A DNA stretch of 64,000 nucleotides, taken from the NCBI GenBank assembly GCA_963720545.1, contig OY970399.1, positions 2,944,001-3,008,000 of the forward strand. Direction: 5' to 3'. Numbering within the stretch: the first letter of the stretch is position 1; every line of letters starts with the position of its first letter. The DNA is from an uncultured Acidobacteriota bacterium. GTDB lineage: Bacteria > Acidobacteriota > Vicinamibacteria > Fen-336. Below, piece after piece: positions 1 to 9,868 of the stretch. The position numbers and the translations under genes are program-made. The notes under the pieces were generated by a model. That model was not told the origin of the DNA, did not search any database, and was given only the letters and a program-made list of their open reading frames with translations.

Positions 1-2
1 GG

Positions 3-146
3 GTGGTGAAGGAGATCCGCGAGAACCGCTCCGAGTCGCATGCCGGAGAGGTCGCTTCCTACTACGGCAACCTCGACCGCCTCGGCCTCACCGAGCGCGA
101 CCTGCTCGCATACGCGCGCGTGCTGGGCAAGGGAACACCAGGCTGA
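3..146 (+). CDS. 3' end of an unidentified CDS (partial, runs off window start)
   Basis: Frame 3 is open from the window start (VVKEIRENRSESHAGEVASYYGNLDRLG...KGTPG*) with high-GC3 codon usage; TGA at 144-146. Confidence 0.6.
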   Translation: MVKEIRENRSESHAGEVASYYGNLDRLGLTERDLLAYARVLGKGTPG

Positions 147-736
147 GCAGCGGCCCGGCGTCGCTCATCGCGCTCTACCAGGCGCTCGCCGTCGGATTCG
201 GCCTGCTGGCGATCTTCATCTCGATCGTCGGCTGGTTCATGTTCAAGGACACGCGCCGCCGGCGGCTGCGCGCCCGTCCGGTGAACGTGCCGCCCGCCAT
301 CGCCGCGCTGTCCGCGGCATCCCTCACGCGCCTCGGGCGCATCGTGCGCCTCGCGCGCGTCGCGCTCGACGCAAGCGCCGTGCTGTACTTCGACATCGAC
401 CAGAAGACGCGGCAGGTCGTGCTGCGCGACTGCGACCTCGAGAATCCGTCCGTGGCACCGAGCGCGGGCACGGCGCTGCCGATGGCCGCGGATCCTTTCG
501 GCTTCGTCGCAGAACGCCGCCAGAGCTTCTACATCACCGACTTCAAGCCGCTGCTCTGGTCGCTGCCTTACTACCCGCGCGAGACCAGGGTGGGCACGTT
601 GCTCGCAGCACCCGTGATGCGCGGCGGCGCAGTGCACGGCGTTCTCGTCGCGGAGAAGACCGAGACTCAGGCGTTCACCGGCCGCGAGCCGGCACTGCTC
701 GAAGGTTTCGCCGCCATCGTCGCCGACGCGCTCTAG
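143..736 (+). CDS. Membrane-anchored GAF-domain protein
   Basis: ORF 239-736 has a GAF-like C-terminus (LLAAPV...VHGVLVAE...AFT). The frame extends upstream through a hydrophobic TM segment to a CTG overlapping the previous stop (CTGA). Start is uncertain. Confidence 0.6.
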   Translation: MSSGPASLIALYQALAVGFGLLAIFISIVGWFMFKDTRRRRLRARPVNVPPAIAALSAASLTRLGRIVRLARVALDASAVLYFDIDQKTRQVVLRDCDLENPSVAPSAGTALPMAADPFGFVAERRQSFYITDFKPLLWSLPYYPRETRVGTLLAAPVMRGGAVHGVLVAEKTETQAFTGREPALLEGFAAIVADAL

Positions 737-743
737 GCGCGAG

Positions 744-773
744 TTGACAGGCGCGCGGTCGCGCGAATAGCGT
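744..773 (+). promoter_or_regulatory. Sigma-70-type promoter (TTGACA-18-TAGCGT), probably leaderless for the M14 peptidase
   Basis: Consensus -35 TTGACA at 744-749, TAnnnT at 768-773, ATG 7 nt downstream. Confidence 0.55.
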
Positions 774-780
774 GCCGCCC

Positions 781-3633
781 ATGCTTCGACATCAACAAGT
801 GTTGCGCCATTTGAATGCCGTGCTGGCCGCCTCTGCATGCCTCGCCGCGGCGCCGCTCCTCGCGCAGGGAGTCGACACCCCCGAGCCCGGGTCGATCGAA
901 GCGATCGCCAAGGCGACCACCGAGACGCGCTTCCTCTCGCCGTGGGTGAGCTACATACCCGAGGTCGCGGGGGTCCCGTCGCCGACGAAGTTCCTGGGCC
1001 ACATCGTGGGCGCGCCGGGCGAGCTGTCGAACACCACCAAAATCTACGGCTACTACAAGGCGCTGGCGGCCGCCAGCAAGCGCGTGCGCGTCGAGACGGT
1101 GGCGAAGACCGAAGAAGGCCGCGACATCCTGATGGTGATGGTGGGCGACGAGAAGAGCCTCGACGACATCGAGAAGGCGCGCGCGGCGATGGCGGAACTC
1201 GCCGACCCGCGGCGCATCGACGACGCCCGCGCCGAGGCGATCATCGGCAGCGTCAAGCCGTTCTACATGCTGCACGGCGGCCTGCACTCGACCGAGACCG
1301 GCTCGCCCGAGATGCTGATGGAGCTGGCACACCGCCTCGCGGTCTCGGAGCAACCGTACATCCGCGAGATTCGCGACCGCATCGTCGTGATCATCGATCC
1401 CGTCGCCGAGCCCGACGGGCGCGACAAGGCGGTGGAGTGGTTCTACCGCCACCTCAAGGGCAAGACCGACTACGACAACCTGCCGCCGATCAGCCCGCCT
1501 TACTGGGGCAAGTACGTGTTCCACGACAACAACCGCGACGAGATCCAGCGGCGGCTGGCGCTGACCCGCGCCACCCAGGGCATCTACTTCAAGTGGCACC
1601 CGGTCGTGGTCCACGACCTGCACGAGTCGATTCCGCTGCTCTCCATCTGGACCGGCACCGGCCCCTACAACCCGAACCTCGACCCGAGCGTGTTCAGCGA
1701 ATGGCACACGATCGCCTTCCAGGAGGTCGCCACGCTGACGGCGCTCGGCATGCCCGGCGTCTGGACCTACGGCTTCGGCGAAGGCTTCGCGCACCTCTTC
1801 CAGGACTCGGTCGCAACCAACCACAACGGCATCGGCCGCGGCTACGAGACCTTCGGCAACGGCACCGCGGAAACCGTCGCGCGCACGCTCGACCCGGAGC
1901 GCAACCAGTTCACCGGCCATGCGGTCACCGATCCCGACTGGTATCGCATGGTGCCGCCGCCGAAGAAGTTCCGCTGGTCGCTGCGCAACAACACCAACTA
2001 CCAGGAGAGCGCGGTGCTGGCGGCGCTGCAGTTCACAGCGCGCAACTCGCAGGAAATGATGCGCAACTTCTGGCGGCGCTCGCAGAACTCGCTGCGCAAG
2101 GGCACGAACGAGAAGCCGTACGCGTTCGCGATCCCCGAGAAGCAACTCGACCTGCGGCGCCTCGCCCGCCTCGTCAACCTGACGCGCGCCCACGGCATCG
2201 AGGTGTCGCGTGCTACGGCTGCGTTCAAGGCCAAGGACGTGGACTACCCGGCGGGCACCTACGTCGTGAAGCTGGCGCAACCGTACCGCAACTTCGCGGT
2301 AGACCTGCTCACGCCGCAGAAGTATCCGGTGGACCGCGCACCTTACCCGGCCTATGACGACGTCGCCTGGTCGCTGCCGGAGAGCCTCGGCGTCACGGTG
2401 ACGCCCGTGGACGACCCGGCCGTCAAGGACGTGCCGGCGACGCTCATCACCGAGGACGTCTCGTACAAGGCCGACGTACCTGCCGCGGGCGCCGTCTACC
2501 TGCTTGCCGACACCGGCCAGGAGGCGCTGCTCGCCGCCCGCGTGCGCCTCGCGAAGTTCAAGGTGGAAGCAGCCGAGGCGAAGTTCACAGCCGGGGACAA
2601 GGAGTACGCCGCCGGTTCGTGGGTGATCGCCGACCAGCCCGGAGTGAAACAGGCGCTCGATGCAGTCGCGGGCGAGCTGGCACTGAAATTCGACGGCGTT
2701 GCTACGGCGCCCGAAGTGAAGCGCCACCTGGTCGATTTCCCGCGCCTCGCGGTGCTGCAGCTTTGGGGCGACACGCAGGCGGCCGGCTGGGTGCGGATGA
2801 TCTTCGACGACCAGAAGATCCCGTACACGCTCATCATGGACGAAGACGTGAAGCGTGGCGGCCTCAAGGCGCGCTTCGACGTGATCCTCTACCCGGAGAC
2901 CTACCGCAACTTCAAGCAGATGGTGACCGGCATCGACCCGAAGTTCGGCCCGCTGCCGTACACCAAGACGGCAGAGTTCCCGTCGCATGGCACGCCGACG
3001 TCCTCACCTGACATCACCGGCGGGCTGACGTACGCGGGCGTCGCCAACATCGATACGTACGTGAGAGAGGGCGGAGTGCTGCTGACGCTCGGCAGCGCCT
3101 CCAACCTGCCGGTAGACAGCGGCATTTTGCGCGACACGCAGCAGTCGAACCTGCCGGGCCTCAGCAACCCCGGCAGCGAGCTGCGGGTGCGCTTCCGCCG
3201 CCTCGACCACCCGCTCATGTACGGCTACCCGGAAACGACGTCGGTGTTTCGCGAAGACCGCCCGGTGTTCCGCGTGCGCGCCGCTGACGCGAACCGCATC
3301 GTGCTGCAGTGGGGTACCAAGCTGCCGAAGAAGGACGACGACGCCAAATCCGACGCCGACAAGGAAAAAGACAAGGCGAAGGACAAGGACGAACCGCCGC
3401 TCGTCGTCAGCGGCGGCATCAAGGGCGGCGACGCCCTCATCGGCAAGCCGGCAATCGTAGACGTCCCCACCGGCAAGGGCCGCGTAGTCCTCTACGACTT
3501 CGACCCCATCCACCGCTACCAGACGGAATCAGACTTCCGCCTGGTCTGGAACGCGATCCTCAACTGGAACGACCTACCGCCGACGCCACCGCTTCCCGCC
3601 GCCGGCGACGACGAGGAGTGGGACCGCCGCTAG
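781..3633 (+). CDS. Secreted M14-family zinc carboxypeptidase-like protein
   Basis: Signal peptide; HSTE (HxxE), DNNRD and HDLHE motifs; long C-terminal extension. Confidence 0.85.
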   Translation: MLRHQQVLRHLNAVLAASACLAAAPLLAQGVDTPEPGSIEAIAKATTETRFLSPWVSYIPEVAGVPSPTKFLGHIVGAPGELSNTTKIYGYYKALAAASKRVRVETVAKTEEGRDILMVMVGDEKSLDDIEKARAAMAELADPRRIDDARAEAIIGSVKPFYMLHGGLHSTETGSPEMLMELAHRLAVSEQPYIREIRDRIVVIIDPVAEPDGRDKAVEWFYRHLKGKTDYDNLPPISPPYWGKYVFHDNNRDEIQRRLALTRATQGIYFKWHPVVVHDLHESIPLLSIWTGTGPYNPNLDPSVFSEWHTIAFQEVATLTALGMPGVWTYGFGEGFAHLFQDSVATNHNGIGRGYETFGNGTAETVARTLDPERNQFTGHAVTDPDWYRMVPPPKKFRWSLRNNTNYQESAVLAALQFTARNSQEMMRNFWRRSQNSLRKGTNEKPYAFAIPEKQLDLRRLARLVNLTRAHGIEVSRATAAFKAKDVDYPAGTYVVKLAQPYRNFAVDLLTPQKYPVDRAPYPAYDDVAWSLPESLGVTVTPVDDPAVKDVPATLITEDVSYKADVPAAGAVYLLADTGQEALLAARVRLAKFKVEAAEAKFTAGDKEYAAGSWVIADQPGVKQALDAVAGELALKFDGVATAPEVKRHLVDFPRLAVLQLWGDTQAAGWVRMIFDDQKIPYTLIMDEDVKRGGLKARFDVILYPETYRNFKQMVTGIDPKFGPLPYTKTAEFPSHGTPTSSPDITGGLTYAGVANIDTYVREGGVLLTLGSASNLPVDSGILRDTQQSNLPGLSNPGSELRVRFRRLDHPLMYGYPETTSVFREDRPVFRVRAADANRIVLQWGTKLPKKDDDAKSDADKEKDKAKDKDEPPLVVSGGIKGGDALIGKPAIVDVPTGKGRVVLYDFDPIHRYQTESDFRLVWNAILNWNDLPPTPPLPAAGDDEEWDRR

Positions 3634-3658
3634 CCGCTGTGCTGGCGGCGCGTCGTCT

Positions 3659-4859
3659 CTATTCGCGCCGCCACATTGAAGCGGCAACAGCCAGGCCGAG
3701 GCCGGCGAACAGCACGGCGTTGACCGGGTAGATCGCTTTGAGGTTCAGGTGGGCGAGGGCGCCGGCCACGGTTGGGGCCACCGCGCCGCCGACGAGGGCG
3801 ACTCCCGCGAACAAGCCGAAGGCCGAGGTGCGGCGTTCCGGTGGGATGAGCAGGCCGCCGATGGTGTAGCTCAGCGTCAGTGCGCCGCCGGACACGAGGC
3901 CGAGCAGGAGTGCCAGGGCGAAGATCGGAACTGCGCTCTGCACGAGCGCCATTGGCAGAACCACCAGCGCGCCAAGAAGCAGGCTCATTGCGAGCAGGCG
4001 TCCAGGCGGGGTAGCGCTTGGTGGCGCGTCCCAGGGAGATCGCTGAAGCTGCTGCTGCTATCGAGTAGAGCGAGATGAGGCCGCCGGTTGCCACCGAGAT
4101 GCGTGCTTGCGGGATGCCGAGGAGCAGCAGGTGCGGCGCCAGGATCGGCGTGAACGAGCGGCCGACGAAGTTGACTATGAACAGGATGACGAGCATCGGC
4201 ACGACCTTCGGAATGGCGAGGAGGTCGCGCAACTGCGGCTGCGGTGCGCTGCCAGGCACGGGCACTGTCAGTGGCGCCTCGCGATAGAGGCTGACGAGAA
4301 GAATCAGGGCGATGCCGCAGAAGGATGCGGTGAACAGGAACGCGGCGCGTGTGCCGATGAAGTCGGCGATCAGGCCGCCGCAGAGTGGACCGACGGCGGC
4401 GGCCAGGATCTGCGCCGACTGGTTCAGGCCCACGGCGCGGCCGGTCTCCTCGCGCGGCGCGCCGGCGGTCGCCATCGCGAGGCCGAGCGGGCCAATGCCG
4501 CCGAAGAGGCCGACGCCGACGCGCAGCGCGAACAGCTCCCAGACATTGCGGACGAAGGCCGAGAGCACGAGCAGGACGATGTAGACGACGAGCGCGCGGA
4601 TCGCCATGCGGCGATGGCCGTGGCGCTCGGCGAGCTTGCCCCAGACGGGCGCCATCAGGCCGGCGAGGAGCGGCGAGATGCCGATGAGGACGCCGGCCCA
4701 GGTGGTGGCGGCTTCGAGGCTCTGTACCCCGATCTCGCGCACGAACAAGGTGAGGAACGGCAGCACGAACGCGAATCCCGCGAACACCACGAACACCATC
4801 GCGGTGCTGACGTAGAGGTTGCGCTGCCAGGTGCGAAGCTCGTCGCTGGCTTCGCTCAT
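3659..4859 (-). pseudogene. MFS transporter (DHA1/MdtG-like) split by a 1-nt frameshift (pseudogene or sequencing error)
   Basis: N-terminal MFS TM helices in ORF 3630-4859 (WGKLAERHGHR motif A); C-terminal helices in ORF 3659-3988. Removing one G from GGGG at 4008-4011 fuses them (RYPPGRLLAMSLLLG). Confidence 0.8.
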
Positions 4860-5260
4860 CCGTGCAGCAGCACTTCGGCGTACACCAGCCCGTCGGCCGT
4901 GTCGTCGGTCGCGACGCTGCCCTCTCCCTCGGAGCCGAGCCTTTGGGCGACTTCCAAAGCGCGCGCCTGTAGCGTGAACGTTGCGACTGGTGTGAGCGAG
5001 ACGACAACGTGGCGCCAGCTGACGCCGCGCGTCCAGCCGGTGCCGAGCGCCTTGCTGGCCGCCTCCTTTACCGCGATGCGGCGCGCGATGCCGAGCGCCC
5101 GGCCCAGGTCTTCGCCGTCATAAATGGCGCGTTCCTCCGGGCCCATCAGCCGCTCCACCAGCCTGCGCCCCCAGCGGTCGAGGGCAGCCTGCACCCGGTC
5201 GATCTCGATGAGGTCGATGCCGACGCCGACGATCCTCGGTGAGGTGTGCGAGCGGGGCAT
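4856..5260 (-). CDS. acpS: Holo-ACP synthase (4'-phosphopantetheinyl transferase)
   Basis: GVGIDLIEIDR and AVKEAASKALGTG motifs; 134 aa. Confidence 0.9.
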   Translation of the reverse strand: MPRSHTSPRIVGVGIDLIEIDRVQAALDRWGRRLVERLMGPEERAIYDGEDLGRALGIARRIAVKEAASKALGTGWTRGVSWRHVVVSLTPVATFTLQARALEVAQRLGSEGEGSVATDDTADGLVYAEVLLHG

Positions 5261-5309
5261 GGACGATGGTCATTTTAGGGCTAGGATGGAGGCAAGTCGG
5301 AGGTTCCCC

Positions 5310-5819
5310 ATGAAGTTCGCCTTCATAAAGCACACCGCCGGTTTCGCGGCGGCCATCGTCCTTCTTGCCAGCCTGGCCCCGGCGCAGAGCCTGGGCGAAA
5401 TCGCCGCGAAGGAAAAAGAGCGGCGCAAGGGCATGAAGCCCTCGAAGGTCTACACCGACGAGGACCTGAAGAAAGTGAACGGCGCGTCCGGTACGTCCGA
5501 GGCGTCGTCGAGCGACGGCACGACGAGCGTAGATGCCGTGGTCGCGGCCCCCGTGACACCCGACTACGTCTCGGGCGACGAACGGCAAGCCGCGCAATCG
5601 GTGTGGCGCGACGGCATGCGCGCGGCGAAGGAACAAGTCACGACGCTGACCGCGCGCGACCGCGAGCTGCAGGACCTCGTCACCGCACAGACCCAGTTCG
5701 GCACCGCCGATCCGGACGTGGTGGCGCAGGTGCAGGAGAACGCCGCCAAGCTGACGGCGGCCAGGGACGCACTCGACAAGCTGGAGCGCGAAGGCCGCTT
5801 CCGCGGCTATCGCGAGTAG
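5310..5819 (+). CDS. Secreted hypothetical coiled-coil protein
   Basis: GGAGG RBS before ATG 5310; signal peptide; QSLGEIAAKEKERRK...KVYTDEDL N-terminus; helical C-terminus. Confidence 0.7.
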   Translation: MKFAFIKHTAGFAAAIVLLASLAPAQSLGEIAAKEKERRKGMKPSKVYTDEDLKKVNGASGTSEASSSDGTTSVDAVVAAPVTPDYVSGDERQAAQSVWRDGMRAAKEQVTTLTARDRELQDLVTAQTQFGTADPDVVAQVQENAAKLTAARDALDKLEREGRFRGYRE

Positions 5820-8380
5820 CCGCCCGGCCGCCCCTTCTCGCGCCGCACGCGCGTGAGCGGCAGGGTGTCGGCGCGCAGTGAGACGTCGCTGATGCCGGTG
5901 CCGTCGAACGTCCACGACGCTCCCGCGGGCGGCAACGTCACTTCCTTGGTGATGCGCCCGGCGCCCGACATGAACTCGATCGCGACCGGGATCGGGCCCG
6001 GCAGGCCGTCGGCCGCCAGTTCGACGACGGCCTTGCCACCCGCCTCGTTGGCATAGCGCAGCGTCACCGTCGGCAGCGCCGTGCCGTACACCCACGCGTC
6101 GAAGTACGCCTGCAGGCTCGCGCCGTGCGCGGTCTCGAGCGCCGCCTGCACGTCCGCGGTGCCGATGGTGCTGAAGCGGCCGTCCGCCTGCAGCTTGCGC
6201 AGCGCGGCGAAGAAGCCCTCGTCGCCGACGATGCCGCGCAGCAGGTGCAGCACCAGCGCCGCCTTGTCGTAGACGATGGCGCGGAACACCTGCGGATCGC
6301 CCTTGATGTGGCCAAGGCGGTAGCCGAGGCTGATGGGCCCCTGCTCGGTCATGCGCACCGCCCAGCGGTCCATGCGCGCGAGCGCCTCGCGAAACGTGTC
6401 TTCGCCGCGCGAATGGCGCACCCACAAGGCGGCTGCGTACTGCGCGAAGCCTTCCGAGATCCAGCGCTCGTGGTAGTTCTCGCCGGTGACGCCATGCCCC
6501 CACCACTGGTGCGCGAGCTCGTGCGCGAGGAAGAACCCGGGGATGTCCCAGAAGGTCGCGGGGTCGTCGCGGAGCGGACGGCGCAGCAGCACCGGTCGTT
6601 CCGCCAGTATCACCATCCCCGGCGGGCTGTGGCCGCCGGGGGTCTCGCGCTCGATGAGCGTCAGGTTGAGGGTGTCGTAGGGCACCGGCCCGAACAGCGT
6701 CTCGAAGTAGGCGAGGATCGCCTGCGCCTGCTCCACCTTCTGCGGCAGGCTGCCTGCCTGCCGCGTCACGCCGAACGAGCGGATCGTGGTCGAGCCGGTG
6801 GTTGCCGTCGGCCCTTCGCTGAGGCGGCCGACGGCGGCCGAGATGTACTTGCCCTTGCGGTCCTGTTGATACTCGACGATGCGCCGGCCGCCTTCGACGC
6901 GTGACGACACGCGCTCGCCGCTGGTGACGGCGCTGAGCTCGGCGGGCAGGTCGAAGCGAATGTTTGCCGTGGCGTAGTCGTCAGGGCCGATCGAGGGATA
7001 CCACGAGGTGCGGTTGGTGAGCACCTTCACGTCTTCGAGGTGCATGTCGTCCGCGTTCCATTCGATCTGCGGCGGCATCACTTCGTCCTCGACGAACGCC
7101 GCCGGCACGTAGCCGCGGTAGCGCACGCGGATCGCCACCTCGCTGCCGGCCTGGGAGCCGAGCGAGCCGAGCGACACCATCACGGAGTCCTGGCCGCGCA
7201 CCCGGAAGAAGAGCAGCGGGCCAACGTCGGCGCTGGTGATCGACTCGATCGCGAAGCTGTCGTGCAGCCGCAGCCTGAGGGTCGCGATCGGCTGGCGCAC
7301 CGCGACGCGCAGGGTGTCGTCGCCGCGCATCATCCGCAGGCCGCTCTCGAAGGTGATGGCGAGGTCGTGGCGGATCACGTCCACGGAGCGGTTGTCCTCG
7401 TCCGAGTAGCGCACGCTCTTGCCGTTCGCGGCGTAGAGGCACACCTGGCGGCGGTTGACGCGGTCGAAGAGGCTGAGCCCTTCCGGAGCGTTGTCGTCGA
7501 GCGTGTAGGTGAGCGGACCCTTCGGGCCGTCGAAAACCAGGGCACCGTCGCCGAGCGGCGGCACCAGCCACCACGGCGAGCGCGGCAGGGCGGCGTCGAG
7601 CAGGTAGATCTGGCTCACGTGGCGCGCGTAGTAGTCGGCGGCGTCGTTGTAGCGAGACGCCGCGCTCGGATCGTCGCGCAGCTGTGGCTGGCCGAGCCAC
7701 TCGAAGATCTTCGCCGGGTGCAGGCGCAGGAAGAAGTGGCGGATCGGGTGAACCAGGCGGGTCTTGCCCGAATACTGCCGCAGCTGTTCCTTCTCGGTGA
7801 CGGGGGCTGGATTGAAGTCGACGACACCCTTGCCGGAGAAGACCAGCACCGTCGGGCCGACCGAAGCGGGCGCGGTGTAGAGCGTGCCCTGTTCGAGGCG
7901 CACCTCGAGGTCGGGCAGGCGCAGGGTGATGCCGGCGGCGTCATAGCCTTTGCGGTCGAGCGACAGGTGGATGAGGCCGTCGATGTCCGCCAGCTGCTCG
8001 CGCTCCACAACCGCCCAGCCGTCGTCGCCGCGCTCGAAAGTGAGCATTGCCTGGCTCACCTCGCCGCGCGGCTCGACCACACGGAAAAAGCGCGCGGGTA
8101 CCTTCACGCGCCGCGCCTGCGCCACCGCGGCCGGCAGCTGTTCGACGTGCAGCTGGACGCTTTCCGCCTGCAGCTGGTCGGCGGCCCATTGGCGCTCCAG
8201 CTCGCGTTCGTCGCTGCCGTGGAACCGCCACGCAGCGAGCCAGGCCTCGACATCGGCCTTCGTCCAGGCCTGTTGCAGCGCTTCCACCAGCGCGGCGGGG
8301 TCTTGTGGGGCCGCGGCGCCTGCCGGGGCTGCGGCAAGGAGTGCGAGGGCGGCGGCCGCCAGCAGTGTCGAGCGAGGCAT
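5807..8380 (-). CDS. Secreted M1-family aminopeptidase-like metallopeptidase
   Basis: Signal peptide; HELAHQWWG...WISEGFA zinc motif; YDKAALVLH. Confidence 0.85.
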   Translation of the reverse strand: MPRSTLLAAAALALLAAAPAGAAAPQDPAALVEALQQAWTKADVEAWLAAWRFHGSDERELERQWAADQLQAESVQLHVEQLPAAVAQARRVKVPARFFRVVEPRGEVSQAMLTFERGDDGWAVVEREQLADIDGLIHLSLDRKGYDAAGITLRLPDLEVRLEQGTLYTAPASVGPTVLVFSGKGVVDFNPAPVTEKEQLRQYSGKTRLVHPIRHFFLRLHPAKIFEWLGQPQLRDDPSAASRYNDAADYYARHVSQIYLLDAALPRSPWWLVPPLGDGALVFDGPKGPLTYTLDDNAPEGLSLFDRVNRRQVCLYAANGKSVRYSDEDNRSVDVIRHDLAITFESGLRMMRGDDTLRVAVRQPIATLRLRLHDSFAIESITSADVGPLLFFRVRGQDSVMVSLGSLGSQAGSEVAIRVRYRGYVPAAFVEDEVMPPQIEWNADDMHLEDVKVLTNRTSWYPSIGPDDYATANIRFDLPAELSAVTSGERVSSRVEGGRRIVEYQQDRKGKYISAAVGRLSEGPTATTGSTTIRSFGVTRQAGSLPQKVEQAQAILAYFETLFGPVPYDTLNLTLIERETPGGHSPPGMVILAERPVLLRRPLRDDPATFWDIPGFFLAHELAHQWWGHGVTGENYHERWISEGFAQYAAALWVRHSRGEDTFREALARMDRWAVRMTEQGPISLGYRLGHIKGDPQVFRAIVYDKAALVLHLLRGIVGDEGFFAALRKLQADGRFSTIGTADVQAALETAHGASLQAYFDAWVYGTALPTVTLRYANEAGGKAVVELAADGLPGPIPVAIEFMSGAGRITKEVTLPPAGASWTFDGTGISDVSLRADTLPLTRVRREKGRPGGYSR

Positions 8381-8461
8381 CTGGTCTCTTGTGGCCCTCC
8401 AGTACACCACGAAGCGGCGGTCCGCGCCAGAACCACTTGTCCCCGGCTATGATCGAAGTCC

Positions 8462-9868
8462 ATGACCGTTTTCGACGCGCGGCGGCTGCCGGCCGCGGTC
8501 TTCAAGCTCGACGTCGAACGCATGCGGCGCGGCTGGTATTCGGACAAGTACTTCATCAACATCGCCCGCACCCTCGCGGAACTGGCCGCGCGCGGCTACC
8601 GCTTCGGCGGCACCCGCAGCGACCTCGCCGACCTCGACATCGACCTGCAGAACGTGGATGTCGGTTCGATCGAGGTCGAGATGCAGTGGTTCACCAGGCG
8701 CCGGCCGTTCTCGGTGGTGGTGGGCGTAGACAAGGCGCTGGCCATGCTCGAGCAGTGCGCCGGCTACTTCGACGACGCGGGCCGCTTCCAAAGCACCTTC
8801 GACAGCCTCGAGGTGATGGCCGTCCCGGACGGGTCGCTGGCGCCCTACGAGGGCGACCCGATGCAGGTGAGCCCGGTGATGAAGGTGCGCGGCCGCTACC
8901 GCGACTTCGCCATCCTCGAGACGCCGACGCTCGGCGCTCTCACCCGCGGCAGCCGCGTGGCGACGAACGTCTATGAGGTGCTGCGCGCGGCGCGCGGCAA
9001 GCAGGTGCTGTTCTTCCCGGCGCGCTTCGACGCGCACGAGGTGCAGGCCGCCGACGGCTACGCCTACCAGGTGGCGGTGCAGCTCTTCAACCGGCAGTAC
9101 GAGCAGAGCCTGTCGGCGTACGTCTCGACCGACGCGCAGGGCGATTGGTGGGGCGGCGCCGGCGGCGGCACGGTGGCGCACGCAGCGATCGCGTGCTTCC
9201 TCGGCGACACGGCGGAGGCCACCATGGCGTTTGCCGCCACCCGTCCGCCCGAGATCCCGCGCATCGCGCTCGTGGACTTCAGCAACGACTGCGTCGGCAC
9301 CTCGCTCGAGGTGATCCGCACCATGTTCGGCCGTTACCACGAGCTGCTGCGCGCCGGACAGGTGGACGAAGCGCGGCGCTTCAAGCTGTTCGCGGTGCGT
9401 CCGGACACCTCGGCGAACCTGCGCGACGTCTCGGTGCCGCCGCTCGGCGATCGCCGCCTCGACTGCGGCGTCAACCCGCGGCTGGTTTTCCTGATGCGCG
9501 CCGCCATCGACCGCGAGTGGCAGGACTGGGGGCTTGCCGGCGACGACGCGCGCCTTGCCGAGAGCTATTGCCGCGACGTGCGCATCGCGGTCACCGGCGG
9601 GTTCACCCCGGAGAAGATCCGCCAGTTCGAGGAATTGTCGGTGCCCGCCGACATCTACGGCGTCGGCTCCTGGCTGCTCACGTCGTGCGACGTCTGCGGC
9701 ACCAACAACGATTTCACCGCCGACATCGTGCGCGTGCGCATCGAGGGCCGCTGGTACGACATGGCGAAGGTCGGCCGCCAGCCCTGCGACAACCCGCTGC
9801 TGGAGCGGGTCACGCGCGCAGCATTGCACGGTCCGCTGGTTCCCGCGGGCATCGGGGTGGGCGCATGA
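8462..9868 (+). CDS. Nicotinate phosphoribosyltransferase-family protein
   Basis: YSDKYF, FFPARFD, GGTVAH, ALVDF, VRPDTS, VTGGF and YGVGS motifs. Confidence 0.8.
   Translation: MTVFDARRLPAAVFKLDVERMRRGWYSDKYFINIARTLAELAARGYRFGGTRSDLADLDIDLQNVDVGSIEVEMQWFTRRRPFSVVVGVDKALAMLEQCAGYFDDAGRFQSTFDSLEVMAVPDGSLAPYEGDPMQVSPVMKVRGRYRDFAILETPTLGALTRGSRVATNVYEVLRAARGKQVLFFPARFDAHEVQAADGYAYQVAVQLFNRQYEQSLSAYVSTDAQGDWWGGAGGGTVAHAAIACFLGDTAEATMAFAATRPPEIPRIALVDFSNDCVGTSLEVIRTMFGRYHELLRAGQVDEARRFKLFAVRPDTSANLRDVSVPPLGDRRLDCGVNPRLVFLMRAAIDREWQDWGLAGDDARLAESYCRDVRIAVTGGFTPEKIRQFEELSVPADIYGVGSWLLTSCDVCGTNNDFTADIVRVRIEGRWYDMAKVGRQPCDNPLLERVTRAALHGPLVPAGIGVGA

Noticed and set aside
4856..5260. Secondary-metabolite cluster around the phosphopantetheinyl transferase
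   Set aside because: AcpS-type housekeeping enzyme; no PKS, NRPS or carrier protein genes nearby
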